Below, in pieces: positions 17,992-26,925 of a DNA stretch of 64,000 nt. The stretch is from NCBI GenBank assembly GCA_035546615.1, contig DASZWM010000002.1, positions 61,661-125,660 of the forward strand, read 5' to 3'. Numbering within the stretch: position 1 is the first letter of the stretch; each line of letters starts with the position of its first letter. The translations under genes were made by a program, and so were the position numbers. This DNA is from Minisyncoccota bacterium. GTDB lineage: Bacteria; Patescibacteriota; Minisyncoccia; Phycocordibacterales; SBAW01. The notes under the pieces were generated by a model. The model was not told the origin of the DNA, did no database searches, and was given only the letters and a program-made list of their open reading frames with translations.

Positions 17992-18690
17992 ATGAAAAAA
18001 CTAATAGGCCTGCTGTTCGTCGCTGGGGCCGTGGCGGTGAATATTCCGTACGCGCTCCTTATCTCCAATTTCAATTATCCGGATATCCTGCGCGAGCCGG
18101 CGGGGACGGTGCTGACGCAGTTCGCGGCGGGAGGCGATACTCTTATATACACCTGGCTTTTCTTCGCGCTCTCGGGCCTGCCGCTCTTGTTCGCTACGAT
18201 CCTGCTCGGCCGGCTGTGGAACGACGCGTCGAAGGCGCTGGTCGGCCTCGCGACGACCTTCGGGGTTATCGCGCTCACAGCCCAGCTTATCGGCCTGCTT
18301 AGGTGGGTGTTCGTCGTTCCGATGCTGGCGCGAGAGTACGCCGCGGCAGGCTCGTCGGACGCGCTCAAAGAGGCTTCGGTCGTCGCGTTCCAGACGGTGA
18401 ACCAGTTCGGCGGCGTGCTCCTGGGCGAATACGTCGGCCAGCTCTTCAGCATCATCTCGATGCTCCTGTTCAGCATCGTTATCTTCCGGGAGAGGCTTCT
18501 GAGCCGGGCGGTGGCATGGCTCGGATTCGCGGCGTCGGCGGTGTACTTGCTGGCCCAGGGTGAGCTCTTCCATACGGTCGTTCCGGCGTTCCCGGTACTT
18601 GATATAGCCGGCCTTTTGGGCAGCATGCTGTGGATACTCTGGCTTATCGCGCTCGGCGCTTTCCTCATTCTCCGCAAGGACCGTTCCTAA
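17992..18690 (+). CDS. integral membrane protein (DUF4386-like, about 6 TM)
   Basis: 232 aa, hydrophobic throughout. Confidence 0.55.
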   Translation: MKKLIGLLFVAGAVAVNIPYALLISNFNYPDILREPAGTVLTQFAAGGDTLIYTWLFFALSGLPLLFATILLGRLWNDASKALVGLATTFGVIALTAQLIGLLRWVFVVPMLAREYAAAGSSDALKEASVVAFQTVNQFGGVLLGEYVGQLFSIISMLLFSIVIFRERLLSRAVAWLGFAASAVYLLAQGELFHTVVPAFPVLDIAGLLGSMLWILWLIALGAFLILRKDRS

Positions 18691-18793
18691 TAAACGGCTT
18701 AGATACAGGCTTATTCGGGCACTATTGCCCGTACCCCGCCTGTGCTTTAATAGATAGGTTAGAGGGGCACCCGATTAGCCGTAATAATTTTCC

Positions 18794-19699
18794 ATGAAAA
18801 AATCACTCATTGCAGTTATTGTCATTATCCTCGTCATTATTCTCGGCGCCGGGGTCTACTTTTGGATGCAGCAATCCTCCAACACCGCAAACGTAACTCC
18901 GCCTGATACGACCGGCACTACGCCGGACACTACGCAAGCGACCACGACCGCGGAGGGAGCGTCGGTGGTCATCGGCAAGTCGGCCGGAGGCAACGACATC
19001 ACCGCGTACAACTACGGCACCGGCGATACCCGCATCCTCTTCGTCGGGGGCATACACGGCGGCTACGAGTGGAACACCTCGCTCGTCGCGTACCAGCTCA
19101 TGGATTATCTCGAAGCGCATCCGGACGCGATTGCAAAGAACGAAACCGTTACCGTCATCCCCGTGGTCAATCCGGACGGCCTTAAGAAGGTAGTCGGCAC
19201 CGCAGGGCCGTTTACCGCGGCGGACGTTACCGTCTCCTCGGCCGCGACCGTGCCGGGCCGCTTTAACGCCAACACCGTGGATCTTAACCGCAACTTCGAC
19301 TGCGACTGGCAGGCGGAGGGCACGTGGCAGAATACGAAGGTCAGCGGCGGCACTTCCGCCTTCTCCGAGCCGGAATCGCAGGCCATCAAGGCATACGTCG
19401 AGTCGCATGATCCGGCGGCCGTCATAGTCTGGTACTCTTCGGCGGGCGGCGTATATGCCTCGAGCTGCCACAACGGCGTTTCCGCCGCCACGGCCGCGCT
19501 CACAAAGACATTCGCCGACGCCTCCGGCTATCCGGCGCACCAGACCTTCGACTTCTACGAGATAACCGGCGACATGGTCAACTGGCTCGCCAAGAACCAG
19601 ATCCCGGCCATCAGCGTATTGCTCACCAACCACACCGACACCGAGTGGACTAAGAACTGGAAGGGCATCGCGGCGGTCCTCAACGCCTACGCCGAGTAA
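18794..19699 (+). CDS. M14 family zinc carboxypeptidase-like protein, N-terminal TM anchor
   Basis: 301 aa; HGGYEWN and NRNFDC motifs. Confidence 0.7.
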   Translation: MKKSLIAVIVIILVIILGAGVYFWMQQSSNTANVTPPDTTGTTPDTTQATTTAEGASVVIGKSAGGNDITAYNYGTGDTRILFVGGIHGGYEWNTSLVAYQLMDYLEAHPDAIAKNETVTVIPVVNPDGLKKVVGTAGPFTAADVTVSSAATVPGRFNANTVDLNRNFDCDWQAEGTWQNTKVSGGTSAFSEPESQAIKAYVESHDPAAVIVWYSSAGGVYASSCHNGVSAATAALTKTFADASGYPAHQTFDFYEITGDMVNWLAKNQIPAISVLLTNHTDTEWTKNWKGIAAVLNAYAE

Positions 19700-20583
19700 T
19701 GCCGCCTCTCGCTAAGCGCATTCTTATCGCGGTAATCGCCCTCGCCGTCTTGGGCGGGGGGATCGCCGCATGGATGGCGCTAAATAAAAAAGCTCCCGTT
19801 CCGGCCGCTCAGGCGCCGGTTGAGAAGCCCGGTCCTGTAGCCGAAGTCATCGGTTCTTCGGTGGAAGGCCGCAGCATCACTGCCTACACCTACGGCAAGG
19901 GCGCGACAAAGCTCCTATTCGTTGGCGGCATGCACGGCGGCTACGAGTGGAACAGCGTGCTCCTGGCATACCAGTTCATGGATTACCTTGATGCAAATCC
20001 CGCGGCCGTTCCCTCAAATCTCTCTATAACGGTCGTTCCATCCATCAATCCCGATGCGGTGTACGAAGCGGTAGGCAAGGAAGGCCGATTCACTGCAGCC
20101 GACGCGACGACGAGCGCTTCGGCGCTGGCGGCGGCGCGCTTCAACGCCCACAACGTGGACCTCAACCGCAACTTCGATTGCCATTGGGCACCGACGAGCA
20201 TGTGGCAGAACAAGACCGTAAGCGCGGGCACCGCGGCATTCTCCGAGCCGGAAGCGCAGGCGCTCCGCGGCTTCGTCGCCAGGTATCGCCCTGCGGCGGC
20301 GGTGTTCTGGCACAGCGCGGCCGGAAGCGTGTACGCTTCCGAGTGCGATGCGGGCGTCCTGCCGGGCACAATGGATGCGATGAACGCATACGCGAAGGCC
20401 GCCGGCTATCCCGCGGTCGCGTCGTTCGACGCGTATCCGATAACCGGCGACTCGGAAGGCTGGCTCGCCTCGCAGAACATCCCGGCTATAACAGTGGAGC
20501 TCTCAAGCCACACCGCGGTGGAGTGGGACAAGAACCTCGCGGGCATCAAGGCGCTCATCGCGCTCTATGCGTCCGCGCGGTAG
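19699..20583 (+). CDS. M14 family zinc carboxypeptidase-like protein (tandem paralogue), N-terminal TM anchor
   Basis: 294 aa; same motifs; start overlaps the upstream stop (TAATG). Confidence 0.7.
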   Translation: MPPLAKRILIAVIALAVLGGGIAAWMALNKKAPVPAAQAPVEKPGPVAEVIGSSVEGRSITAYTYGKGATKLLFVGGMHGGYEWNSVLLAYQFMDYLDANPAAVPSNLSITVVPSINPDAVYEAVGKEGRFTAADATTSASALAAARFNAHNVDLNRNFDCHWAPTSMWQNKTVSAGTAAFSEPEAQALRGFVARYRPAAAVFWHSAAGSVYASECDAGVLPGTMDAMNAYAKAAGYPAVASFDAYPITGDSEGWLASQNIPAITVELSSHTAVEWDKNLAGIKALIALYASAR

Positions 20584-20648
20584 AGTACTTTACTTAGTAA
20601 AGTATCGGCTGGTATACTGTACGCATATCACTAACTTTCAGTCATCCT

Positions 20649-21263
20649 ATGCGACTCTATTATTCTCCCGGTTCGTGCGCGCTGTCCCCGCATATCGTCG
20701 CGCGCGAAGCGGGGCTCGACGTCGAGATCGAAAAGGTCGTCTTCTCCGCCGACGGCCGCCGCACGCAGGAGCACGACGAGAACTTCTACGACGTGAATCC
20801 GCGCGGCTACGTGCCGGCCCTCAAGCTTGATTCCGGAGACATTCTGACCGAGGGCGTGGCTATCGTCCAATACTTGGCGGACCAGGCGCCCGGCGCCGGC
20901 CTAATGCCCAAGCATCAGAGCGGGGACTATTACAAAGCGCTCAGCTGGCTCACGTTCATCAGCTCGGAAGTGCATAAGGGCTTCAGCCCGTTCTTCCGCT
21001 CCAATCTGCCGGAGGAAGAGAAAAAGATAGCGCTGGACCGGCTGCTCAAGCGCTTTGACTGGATAAACGGCGCGCTTGAGGGAAACGATTATCTGGTGGG
21101 CGGAGCGTTCAGCATTGCGGACGCGTATTGCTACACCATCCTGCGCTGGCACCCGAAGGCCGGCATTGATCTGGGCAAGTATCCGAATATCAAGGAATAC
21201 TACGAGCGCATCGGCTCGCGCCCTGCGGTCAAGACGGCGCTTAAGGAGGAAGGACTCGAATAG
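20649..21263 (+). CDS. glutathione S-transferase
   Basis: 204 aa; MRLYYSPGSCALSPHIVAREAGL N-terminal thioredoxin-like fold, beta-class GST-like. Confidence 0.85.
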   Translation: MRLYYSPGSCALSPHIVAREAGLDVEIEKVVFSADGRRTQEHDENFYDVNPRGYVPALKLDSGDILTEGVAIVQYLADQAPGAGLMPKHQSGDYYKALSWLTFISSEVHKGFSPFFRSNLPEEEKKIALDRLLKRFDWINGALEGNDYLVGGAFSIADAYCYTILRWHPKAGIDLGKYPNIKEYYERIGSRPAVKTALKEEGLE

Positions 21264-21472
21264 CCTCTAGGCCCGATTTAAGAGCCTTCATCCTTTTCAG
21301 GACGAACTGTGGTAGACTGCTTATCTGGTCGCTTCTTACCAGCCGTTCGCTAATCGATATTGACTTTATGACAGACGAAACAACGAAGCCCGCAGCACCG
21401 GTCGAGATTCCTCCGATGGAACAGCCGGCGACTACGACCCCTCCTCAGGCGGACACGACGACCGCCTAAGCG

Positions 21473-21501
21473 AAAAACACCGGCCACGCGCCGGTGTTTT
21501 T
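21473..21501. terminator. terminator hairpin (8-bp stem, A5/T5 flanks)
   Basis: aaaaacaccggc-cacgc-gccggtgttttt. Confidence 0.5.
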
Positions 21502-21533
21502 CGTGCACCCCTTCAGTATTCCTTCATCGATGC

Positions 21534-22949
21534 GTGCTACCCTGTATATACGTGATTACATACCTGTATAAGGGCGCAGTTGGATTTGCGCTATGCTTGG
21601 CCATTATCCTGCCGTTCGGTTTTTTGTACACGCCTGCCCATGCCGCAACCCGGACATACGGGGGGTTCTATACGGCCGACGGCTCCAGCGAATCCTCCGC
21701 CGAGCGCCAGCAGCGCATAAACAGCTACCGCCGGCAATCGAGCGACCTGCAGAAAAAAATAGACGCGCTTGACGACGATGCCGACGAAGACGTTACGATG
21801 CCCGTTCTCTTCGGCGTGACGCTGAATGACATATCGCCGAACTTCGGCGACCCGCGCAGCGGGGGCCGCACCCACGAGGGCGAAGACATTCTAGGGGTCA
21901 AAGGCACGCCCGTCGTCTCGCCGACCGAGGCGGTCGTGCTGCGCGCGGTTACGGGAGCGAGCGAAGGCAATGCGGTATACACCGCCAACCCCGGCGGGGA
22001 AGTATTCGTGTATATGCACCTGGACCGCTTCGGCGAAGGCGTATCGGCCGGCGACGTGCTGGAGCGGGGCTCGCTTATCGGCTACTTGGGAGACACCGGC
22101 AACGCCGCGGGCGGGCCGGCGCACCTGCATTTCGAGATACACGACAAGTCAAACAAGCCTACCGACCCGTTCCCGCGCCTGACCGAGGAATTTTCGCTCA
22201 AGCAGAAGATATCGTATTTGGAAGACATCCTAAAGCAGACAGACGACGAGGACGAGCTGGCGGAATTCCTCGTAACCAATTTTCGCGCCACGTTCAATGC
22301 CGCCCTGGCCGCGGACATCGAACTCCCGGATTCCATGGTGAAGGCGCTTGCTACGGTGCCGGTTAACGCTCCTCGCGCCGCAAGCGCCGGCTCGGCGCTG
22401 CCGTCCGGCGACCTTGATCTCGGCTCATCCGGCGCGGCGGTCATAGCGCTGCAGACATATCTGATACAGGCGGCAAGCGGCCCGGCCGCCGCGAGCCTTG
22501 CCAAGGCGGGCGCCACAGGCACCTTCGGCCCCCTGACAAAAGCGGCGCTCATAGAGCTTCAGATCGGTTTGGCTATTAAGCCGGCAAGCGGCTACTACGG
22601 GCCGGAGACGCGTTCGTATGTAGAAAAGCATCCTAATAAGGGTTCCGCGGTTGTTACAACGCCGGTTGCTTCGCCGACACAAATTCCTGCTGCAGGCACG
22701 GCTTCCTCCGGTGCCGTACGCGACCTTGAACTGGGAATGACCGGCGAGGATGTGCGCGCGCTCCAGATAGTGCTGAATGCGAACGGCTATCCGGTGGCAA
22801 TAACCGGTTCCGGCTCGCTCGGCAATGAAACAACATATTTTGGCCCGGCTACGAAAGCGGCGGTTATAAAATTCCAGACAGAAAACGCCATACGGCCTGC
22901 GGCAGGATACGTAGGCCCGGTCACGCGCGCGGCGCTGGCGTTCTTATAA
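21534..22949 (+). CDS. M23 peptidase with two C-terminal peptidoglycan-binding (PG_binding_1-like) domains
   Basis: 471 aa; HEGEDI...HLHFEIH catalytic motifs; two LGxxGxxVxxLQ...GxxGxxT repeats. Confidence 0.85.
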   Translation: MLPCIYVITYLYKGAVGFALCLAIILPFGFLYTPAHAATRTYGGFYTADGSSESSAERQQRINSYRRQSSDLQKKIDALDDDADEDVTMPVLFGVTLNDISPNFGDPRSGGRTHEGEDILGVKGTPVVSPTEAVVLRAVTGASEGNAVYTANPGGEVFVYMHLDRFGEGVSAGDVLERGSLIGYLGDTGNAAGGPAHLHFEIHDKSNKPTDPFPRLTEEFSLKQKISYLEDILKQTDDEDELAEFLVTNFRATFNAALAADIELPDSMVKALATVPVNAPRAASAGSALPSGDLDLGSSGAAVIALQTYLIQAASGPAAASLAKAGATGTFGPLTKAALIELQIGLAIKPASGYYGPETRSYVEKHPNKGSAVVTTPVASPTQIPAAGTASSGAVRDLELGMTGEDVRALQIVLNANGYPVAITGSGSLGNETTYFGPATKAAVIKFQTENAIRPAAGYVGPVTRAALAFL

Positions 22950-22961
22950 AAAAGCCGCAGC

Positions 22962-23198
22962 CTACGCCATTTCGCTGTTATGGAGCGGAAGCCAATCCAT
23001 TATTTTTTTGCGGTGCTCGTCGAGCGACCAGGACTCGCCGTGCTTGAAAAACGAAGCATGCTCTTCCTTGAATTTCTTCAGGAGCGATTCGGAGGCGTGG
23101 GGAAAGCCCTCCGGAATGTTCTTATTGTACGACCGCAGGAACTCGCCGATGGATATCTGCACTTCGCTCACCGGGGTAGGCTTAGGAGTCATCTTCAC
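22962..23198 (-). CDS. hypothetical protein
   Basis: 78-aa ORF. Confidence 0.4.
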   Translation of the reverse strand: MKMTPKPTPVSEVQISIGEFLRSYNKNIPEGFPHASESLLKKFKEEHASFFKHGESWSLDEHRKKIMDWLPLHNSEMA

Positions 23199-23260
23199 GC
23201 CTTAAGAATACCATAAATAGGAGCGATAATCAACACGCTTTTGCTTGATATACTCATTCC

Positions 23261-23776
23261 ATGACGCTACGGATTCGCACGCTCGACGATTTTTATGAGC
23301 AGTCAAAGAAATATGCGGGGATCTTTGACGCATTCGCCGCTAAGCACGCCCTCGTCGGGGAAGTGAAGGCGGACCATATCTGCTACAAATGCGGCTCTGC
23401 GGAATCTTTCGAGCATATTCGCGCGCTTTTCGAGCAGGGGAGCCGGTACGTCTTCCAATCGATAATTTCCGGGAGGCGGATAGCGTATATCCGTATGAAA
23501 AAGGGTATCGAGACCTCGCTGGGCACCATAGAATTCCTCGAATTGTCCGATCAGAAACCCGACGGGCCTCAAAGGGACGGCTTCGACCATATAGAAGCGT
23601 ATGCGACGGCTTATTCGTATGACGACATGGTGAAAAAGCTCGAGGCGGTCGAAAAGGTAGTAAGGGTAGAGCGCCCGCACCATACCACGCATGATATCGA
23701 GATCGGCGAAGAATTCCTGTTTCGATGCACACGAGGGCCGCTCATCGAAAAGATAACCAAAGAAGAGATGCTATAA
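23261..23776 (+). CDS. YecM-like VOC-superfamily protein
   Basis: 171 aa; DHICYKC and GFDHIEAY resemble E. coli YecM. Confidence 0.55.
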   Translation: MTLRIRTLDDFYEQSKKYAGIFDAFAAKHALVGEVKADHICYKCGSAESFEHIRALFEQGSRYVFQSIISGRRIAYIRMKKGIETSLGTIEFLELSDQKPDGPQRDGFDHIEAYATAYSYDDMVKKLEAVEKVVRVERPHHTTHDIEIGEEFLFRCTRGPLIEKITKEEML

Positions 23777-24112
23777 TCGGGTAGTACCAAGTAAGTTTTA
23801 CATATGGGAAAAGGGAACAACGCGTATCGCAAGGACAAGAAGAAGCCGAAAAAGGGCGGCAAATAATACGCCCGTCTTAACCGAGCCTACATGCATGCTC
23901 GCGTATGCTTGGAGCGAGGTCGAGATTATTGGTCGTAAGAGCAGGAATTCGTATGGCAAACAATGATAGGAGTTCCAGCACGAGCAGCCGCAGCTCTTCA
24001 TCGGGCAGCAACTCGCATCAAGGGGGCAGTTCGCGCGGGGGGCGCTCAAGCGGCAGCGATAGCGACAGATAGCGTACACTAGCGCACAGGGATGCTGGAC
24101 ATCCGCTGTGCG

Positions 24113-24145
24113 GCAAAAGGCAGCCTTACACAGGCTGCCTTTTGC
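24113..24145. terminator. bidirectional terminator (13-bp perfect stem gcaaaaggcagcc/ggctgccttttgc)
   Basis: Perfect hairpin between convergent genes, preceded by a second nested hairpin at 24082-24110. Confidence 0.6.
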
Positions 24146-24195
24146 AGGGCCCCTATCAAAAGTAAAAGGGCGGCGCGCAAGCGCCGCCCCCAACG

Positions 24196-25020
24196 CTACC
24201 TGACCACGGCCCTCTTCTGCCGTATGTTGGCCTCCATGTTCGCTATTTCCGCGTCGAATGCCGGATCGTTCGACCGGCGCAGCTTCACCACGTTCACGCT
24301 ATGGAGAATGGTCTTTGAATCCCGGTCCCCGAAGTAGGAGGACATCTTCGCATAGATCATGCCGGTCATGGACCTCACCAAAAAAATCGCGACGTGACGC
24401 GCGAGCCGGTATCTGCCGACCTTGATATCGGATTCAAGATCGGAAACCGTTACGTCATAGTGCAGGGCAACAGTTTCCTTTATCAGCGTGATGAGGTCTT
24501 CCTCGTCCTCCGTGTTTTTCTGGCTCTCGAGTACCGCCTCAATCCCGTCGAAGCTCTCGAGAACGACAGGCGCTGCTGAGAGCGGCTGTGCAGCCGGCTT
24601 TTCAGAAGATGCGTCTTCAGGAGTATCCTCCCGGGGCGGCGGCTTAGCCTTCGCCTCGGTCTTGGGGTTTTTTGTCGCAGCGGCCTTTTTGGCGGCTTCT
24701 TGCGCAGCCGTGGCCGCTTGATAGATGCGGCCCTTTTGCGTCGCGATGCTGCGCACCGCAACCAGCACCTCCGTCACGCCGTTGCGCTCTGCCTGCCAGG
24801 CGGCAAGCAGGCGCGCGCGATAGATGTCGAGTATCTGTCTGCGCAGGCCCGCTACGGGGACGCTGACACTGACGGTTGCCTGCGTTATTCCTTCAAGTTC
24901 CATTCGCCGGAAGAAGGCACTGAAGGCATCCTCGCCCAGATCCTTTTTCAGGCGTTCCTGCACGCGCGACCACTGCTTTGCCGCGTTCGTGCCTTCCCCC
25001 ACGGGGGTTTGAGCATCCAT
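24196..25020 (-). CDS. DnaA-like protein with DnaA N-terminal (domain I-like) and C-terminal DNA-binding domain IV but no AAA+ ATPase domain
   Basis: C-term ...VSDLESDIKVGRYRLARHVAIFLVRSMTGMIYAKMSSYFGDRDSKTILHSVNVV... matches the DnaA domain IV signature; N-term resembles DnaA_N; Ala/Lys/Pro/Glu-rich linker; start taken at Met24 of the track ORF. Confidence 0.65.
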   Translation of the reverse strand: MDAQTPVGEGTNAAKQWSRVQERLKKDLGEDAFSAFFRRMELEGITQATVSVSVPVAGLRRQILDIYRARLLAAWQAERNGVTEVLVAVRSIATQKGRIYQAATAAQEAAKKAAATKNPKTEAKAKPPPREDTPEDASSEKPAAQPLSAAPVVLESFDGIEAVLESQKNTEDEEDLITLIKETVALHYDVTVSDLESDIKVGRYRLARHVAIFLVRSMTGMIYAKMSSYFGDRDSKTILHSVNVVKLRRSNDPAFDAEIANMEANIRQKRAVVR

Positions 25021-25124
25021 CCCTATACTCCTTTTGCCTCTTAGGCGCCCCAAGGCGCGAAAACAAAATCCAAATACACTTAAACACATCCTCCTGGATT
25101 TTCAAGTGAATGGGGCAGGGCAGA

Positions 25125-25153
25125 TTGACAATATCCGTTCTATTATATATAAT
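25125..25153 (+). promoter_or_regulatory. perfect sigma-70 consensus promoter TTGACA-N17-TATAAT upstream of the DEAD-box helicase
   Basis: ttgaca at 25125-25130, tataat at 25148-25153, 17-bp spacer; helicase ATG at 25183. Confidence 0.5.
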
Positions 25154-25182
25154 CATAAGCGACTGAATCTCTTTTAGTCGTT

Positions 25183-26421
25183 ATGTATCAAGGCAATTCT
25201 TCATCTCGCCGCCCTACTAACCGCTCCGGCGGCCGGCCTCAATTCGGTACCAGGAAGCCCTTTCACAGCGGCGGCCCTTCTAGGCGCTTTGCCCGCCCGG
25301 CTCCGCGCACGAACCATATCGACGTATCGCGCTATATCAACAAGGCGGTCATTACCGAGGAAGTGGAGCGCTTCGTGCCCGAGCACAAGTTCGCCGATTT
25401 CGCGCTTGATGAGCGCCTCAAGGCAAATATCGTAAAGAAAGGCTATGTCGAGCCGACGCCAATACAGGACCGCTCTATTCCGCACATCCTGCGCGGGGAA
25501 GACGTCGTCGGCATCGCCAATACCGGAACGGGCAAGACCGCGGCATTTCTCATACCGCTCATCCATAAAGCTATTACTCAACGCAGTGAGCGCGTGCTTG
25601 TTATGGTGCCCACGCGCGAGCTCGCCCAGCAGATAGCAGCGGAGCTCAAGGAGTTCACGCCGGGACTCCAGATATTCTCGGCAGTAGGCGTAGGCGGCGC
25701 GGGCATCGGCCCGCAGATGGCGGATCTCCGTAAGAAGCCGCAATTCGTTATCGGCACGCCGGGGCGCCTCAAGGACCTGCTCGAGCGCAAAGCGCTTATC
25801 CTCTCCAACTTCCAGACGGCGGTCCTCGACGAAGCCGACCGCATGCTCGACATGGGCTTTATCGCCGATATGCGCCGCATCCTTTCGCTTTTGCCTTCCC
25901 CGCGCCATACCCTTTTCTTTTCCGCGACGCTTTCCCCGGAAATAGAGAAGCTCATCGGCGAGTTCCTCCGCACGCCGGTGCGCGTCTCGGTTAAGACCCG
26001 CGACACCTCCTCGACCATCGACCAGGATGTCGTGCGCGTGGCACCCGGCACCAACAAGCTCGACGTCCTCCACGACATGCTCGTAAAGCCTGAGTTCAAC
26101 AAGGTGCTTATCTTCGGCCGCACCAAGCACGGCGTCGAGCGCCTCTCTAAAACGCTTGTGGAGCGCGGCTTCCGCGCGGAGTCCATTCACGGCAACAAGA
26201 CGCAGGGCAAGCGCCAGAAAGCGCTCGAGCTCTTCAAGCGCGACCATGTGCAGGTGCTCGTTGCGACCGACGTCGCCGCGCGCGGCCTGGACATCAACGG
26301 CGTCTCGCACGTCATCAACTATGACCTTCCTGCGTCGCATGAGGATTACATCCACCGCATCGGCCGCACCGGCCGGGCAGGGAAGAAGGGTCAGGCGCTT
26401 ACCTTTATCGACGGCAAGTAG
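25183..26421 (+). CDS. DEAD-box ATP-dependent RNA helicase (RhlE-like) with Arg/Gly-rich N-terminal tail
   Basis: 412 aa; Q-motif, GTGKT, DEAD, SAT, HRIGRTGR motifs. Confidence 0.9.
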   Translation: MYQGNSSSRRPTNRSGGRPQFGTRKPFHSGGPSRRFARPAPRTNHIDVSRYINKAVITEEVERFVPEHKFADFALDERLKANIVKKGYVEPTPIQDRSIPHILRGEDVVGIANTGTGKTAAFLIPLIHKAITQRSERVLVMVPTRELAQQIAAELKEFTPGLQIFSAVGVGGAGIGPQMADLRKKPQFVIGTPGRLKDLLERKALILSNFQTAVLDEADRMLDMGFIADMRRILSLLPSPRHTLFFSATLSPEIEKLIGEFLRTPVRVSVKTRDTSSTIDQDVVRVAPGTNKLDVLHDMLVKPEFNKVLIFGRTKHGVERLSKTLVERGFRAESIHGNKTQGKRQKALELFKRDHVQVLVATDVAARGLDINGVSHVINYDLPASHEDYIHRIGRTGRAGKKGQALTFIDGK

Positions 26422-26424
26422 GGG

Positions 26425-26610
26425 ATGGCACGAAATTTTATGAAAGAGAAAGAAGTGGAAAAAAAGAAAGCGAACACCTGGGGTCATTGGACCGCAGCTC
26501 CCCGCCGCACCACGACCCTGGTGTGCGAATGCGGCGCACGCTACATCAAGACCCGCCCGGGCCAGACCATGTGCATGGTATGCACCCGCAAGGCGGGGGA
26601 AGCAAAATAA
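26425..26610 (+). CDS. small zinc-ribbon protein (CxC...CxxC)
   Basis: 61 aa; four Cys arranged as CECG...CMVC. Confidence 0.45.
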   Translation: MARNFMKEKEVEKKKANTWGHWTAAPRRTTTLVCECGARYIKTRPGQTMCMVCTRKAGEAK

Positions 26611-26705
26611 GCGCCTCTTAATGTACGCTTCATGTGCCGCCCCTTACTGTGTGTAATGCAGGCGGTTTTTTAGACCCTTATTCATTAAATATCTATACCT
26701 AACTT

Positions 26706-26858
26706 ATGTTGGTAACTGTCGCAGCGCTTCTGGTTATTTTGTGGCTTCTCGGACTCGTGACGTCCTACACGCTGGGCGGCTTCATCCATATCCTTTTGGT
26801 GGTGGCCATCATCGCGGTGCTCATCCGCCTCATTCGCGGCGAGAACCCCATCGCCTAA
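26706..26858 (+). CDS. lmo0937-family small membrane protein (50 aa)
   Basis: MLVTVAALLVILWLLGLVTSYTLGGFIHILLVVAIIAVLIRLIRG matches this conserved small two-TM protein family; too short for the ORF track. Confidence 0.6.
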   Translation: MLVTVAALLVILWLLGLVTSYTLGGFIHILLVVAIIAVLIRLIRGENPIA

Positions 26859-26925
26859 ATTCTGGACTTCGTAAGTCCAGAATGGCACAAGCCCGCGTCA
26901 GGCGGGTTTTTGCTATGATGTATAC

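Noticed and set aside
20178-20597. 139-aa plus-strand ORF in an alternative frame of the second M14 gene, and similar overlapping frames
   Set aside because: Arg-rich alternative-frame artefacts. The M14 frame carries the conserved motifs.
23798-24193. 131-aa Cys/Arg-rich minus-strand ORF
   Set aside because: Low-complexity, spans two terminator hairpins and an intergenic region. More likely non-coding.
25201-26487. 428-aa ORF antisense to the DEAD-box helicase
   Set aside because: Antisense artefact. The helicase motifs Q, I, II and VI are all on the plus strand.
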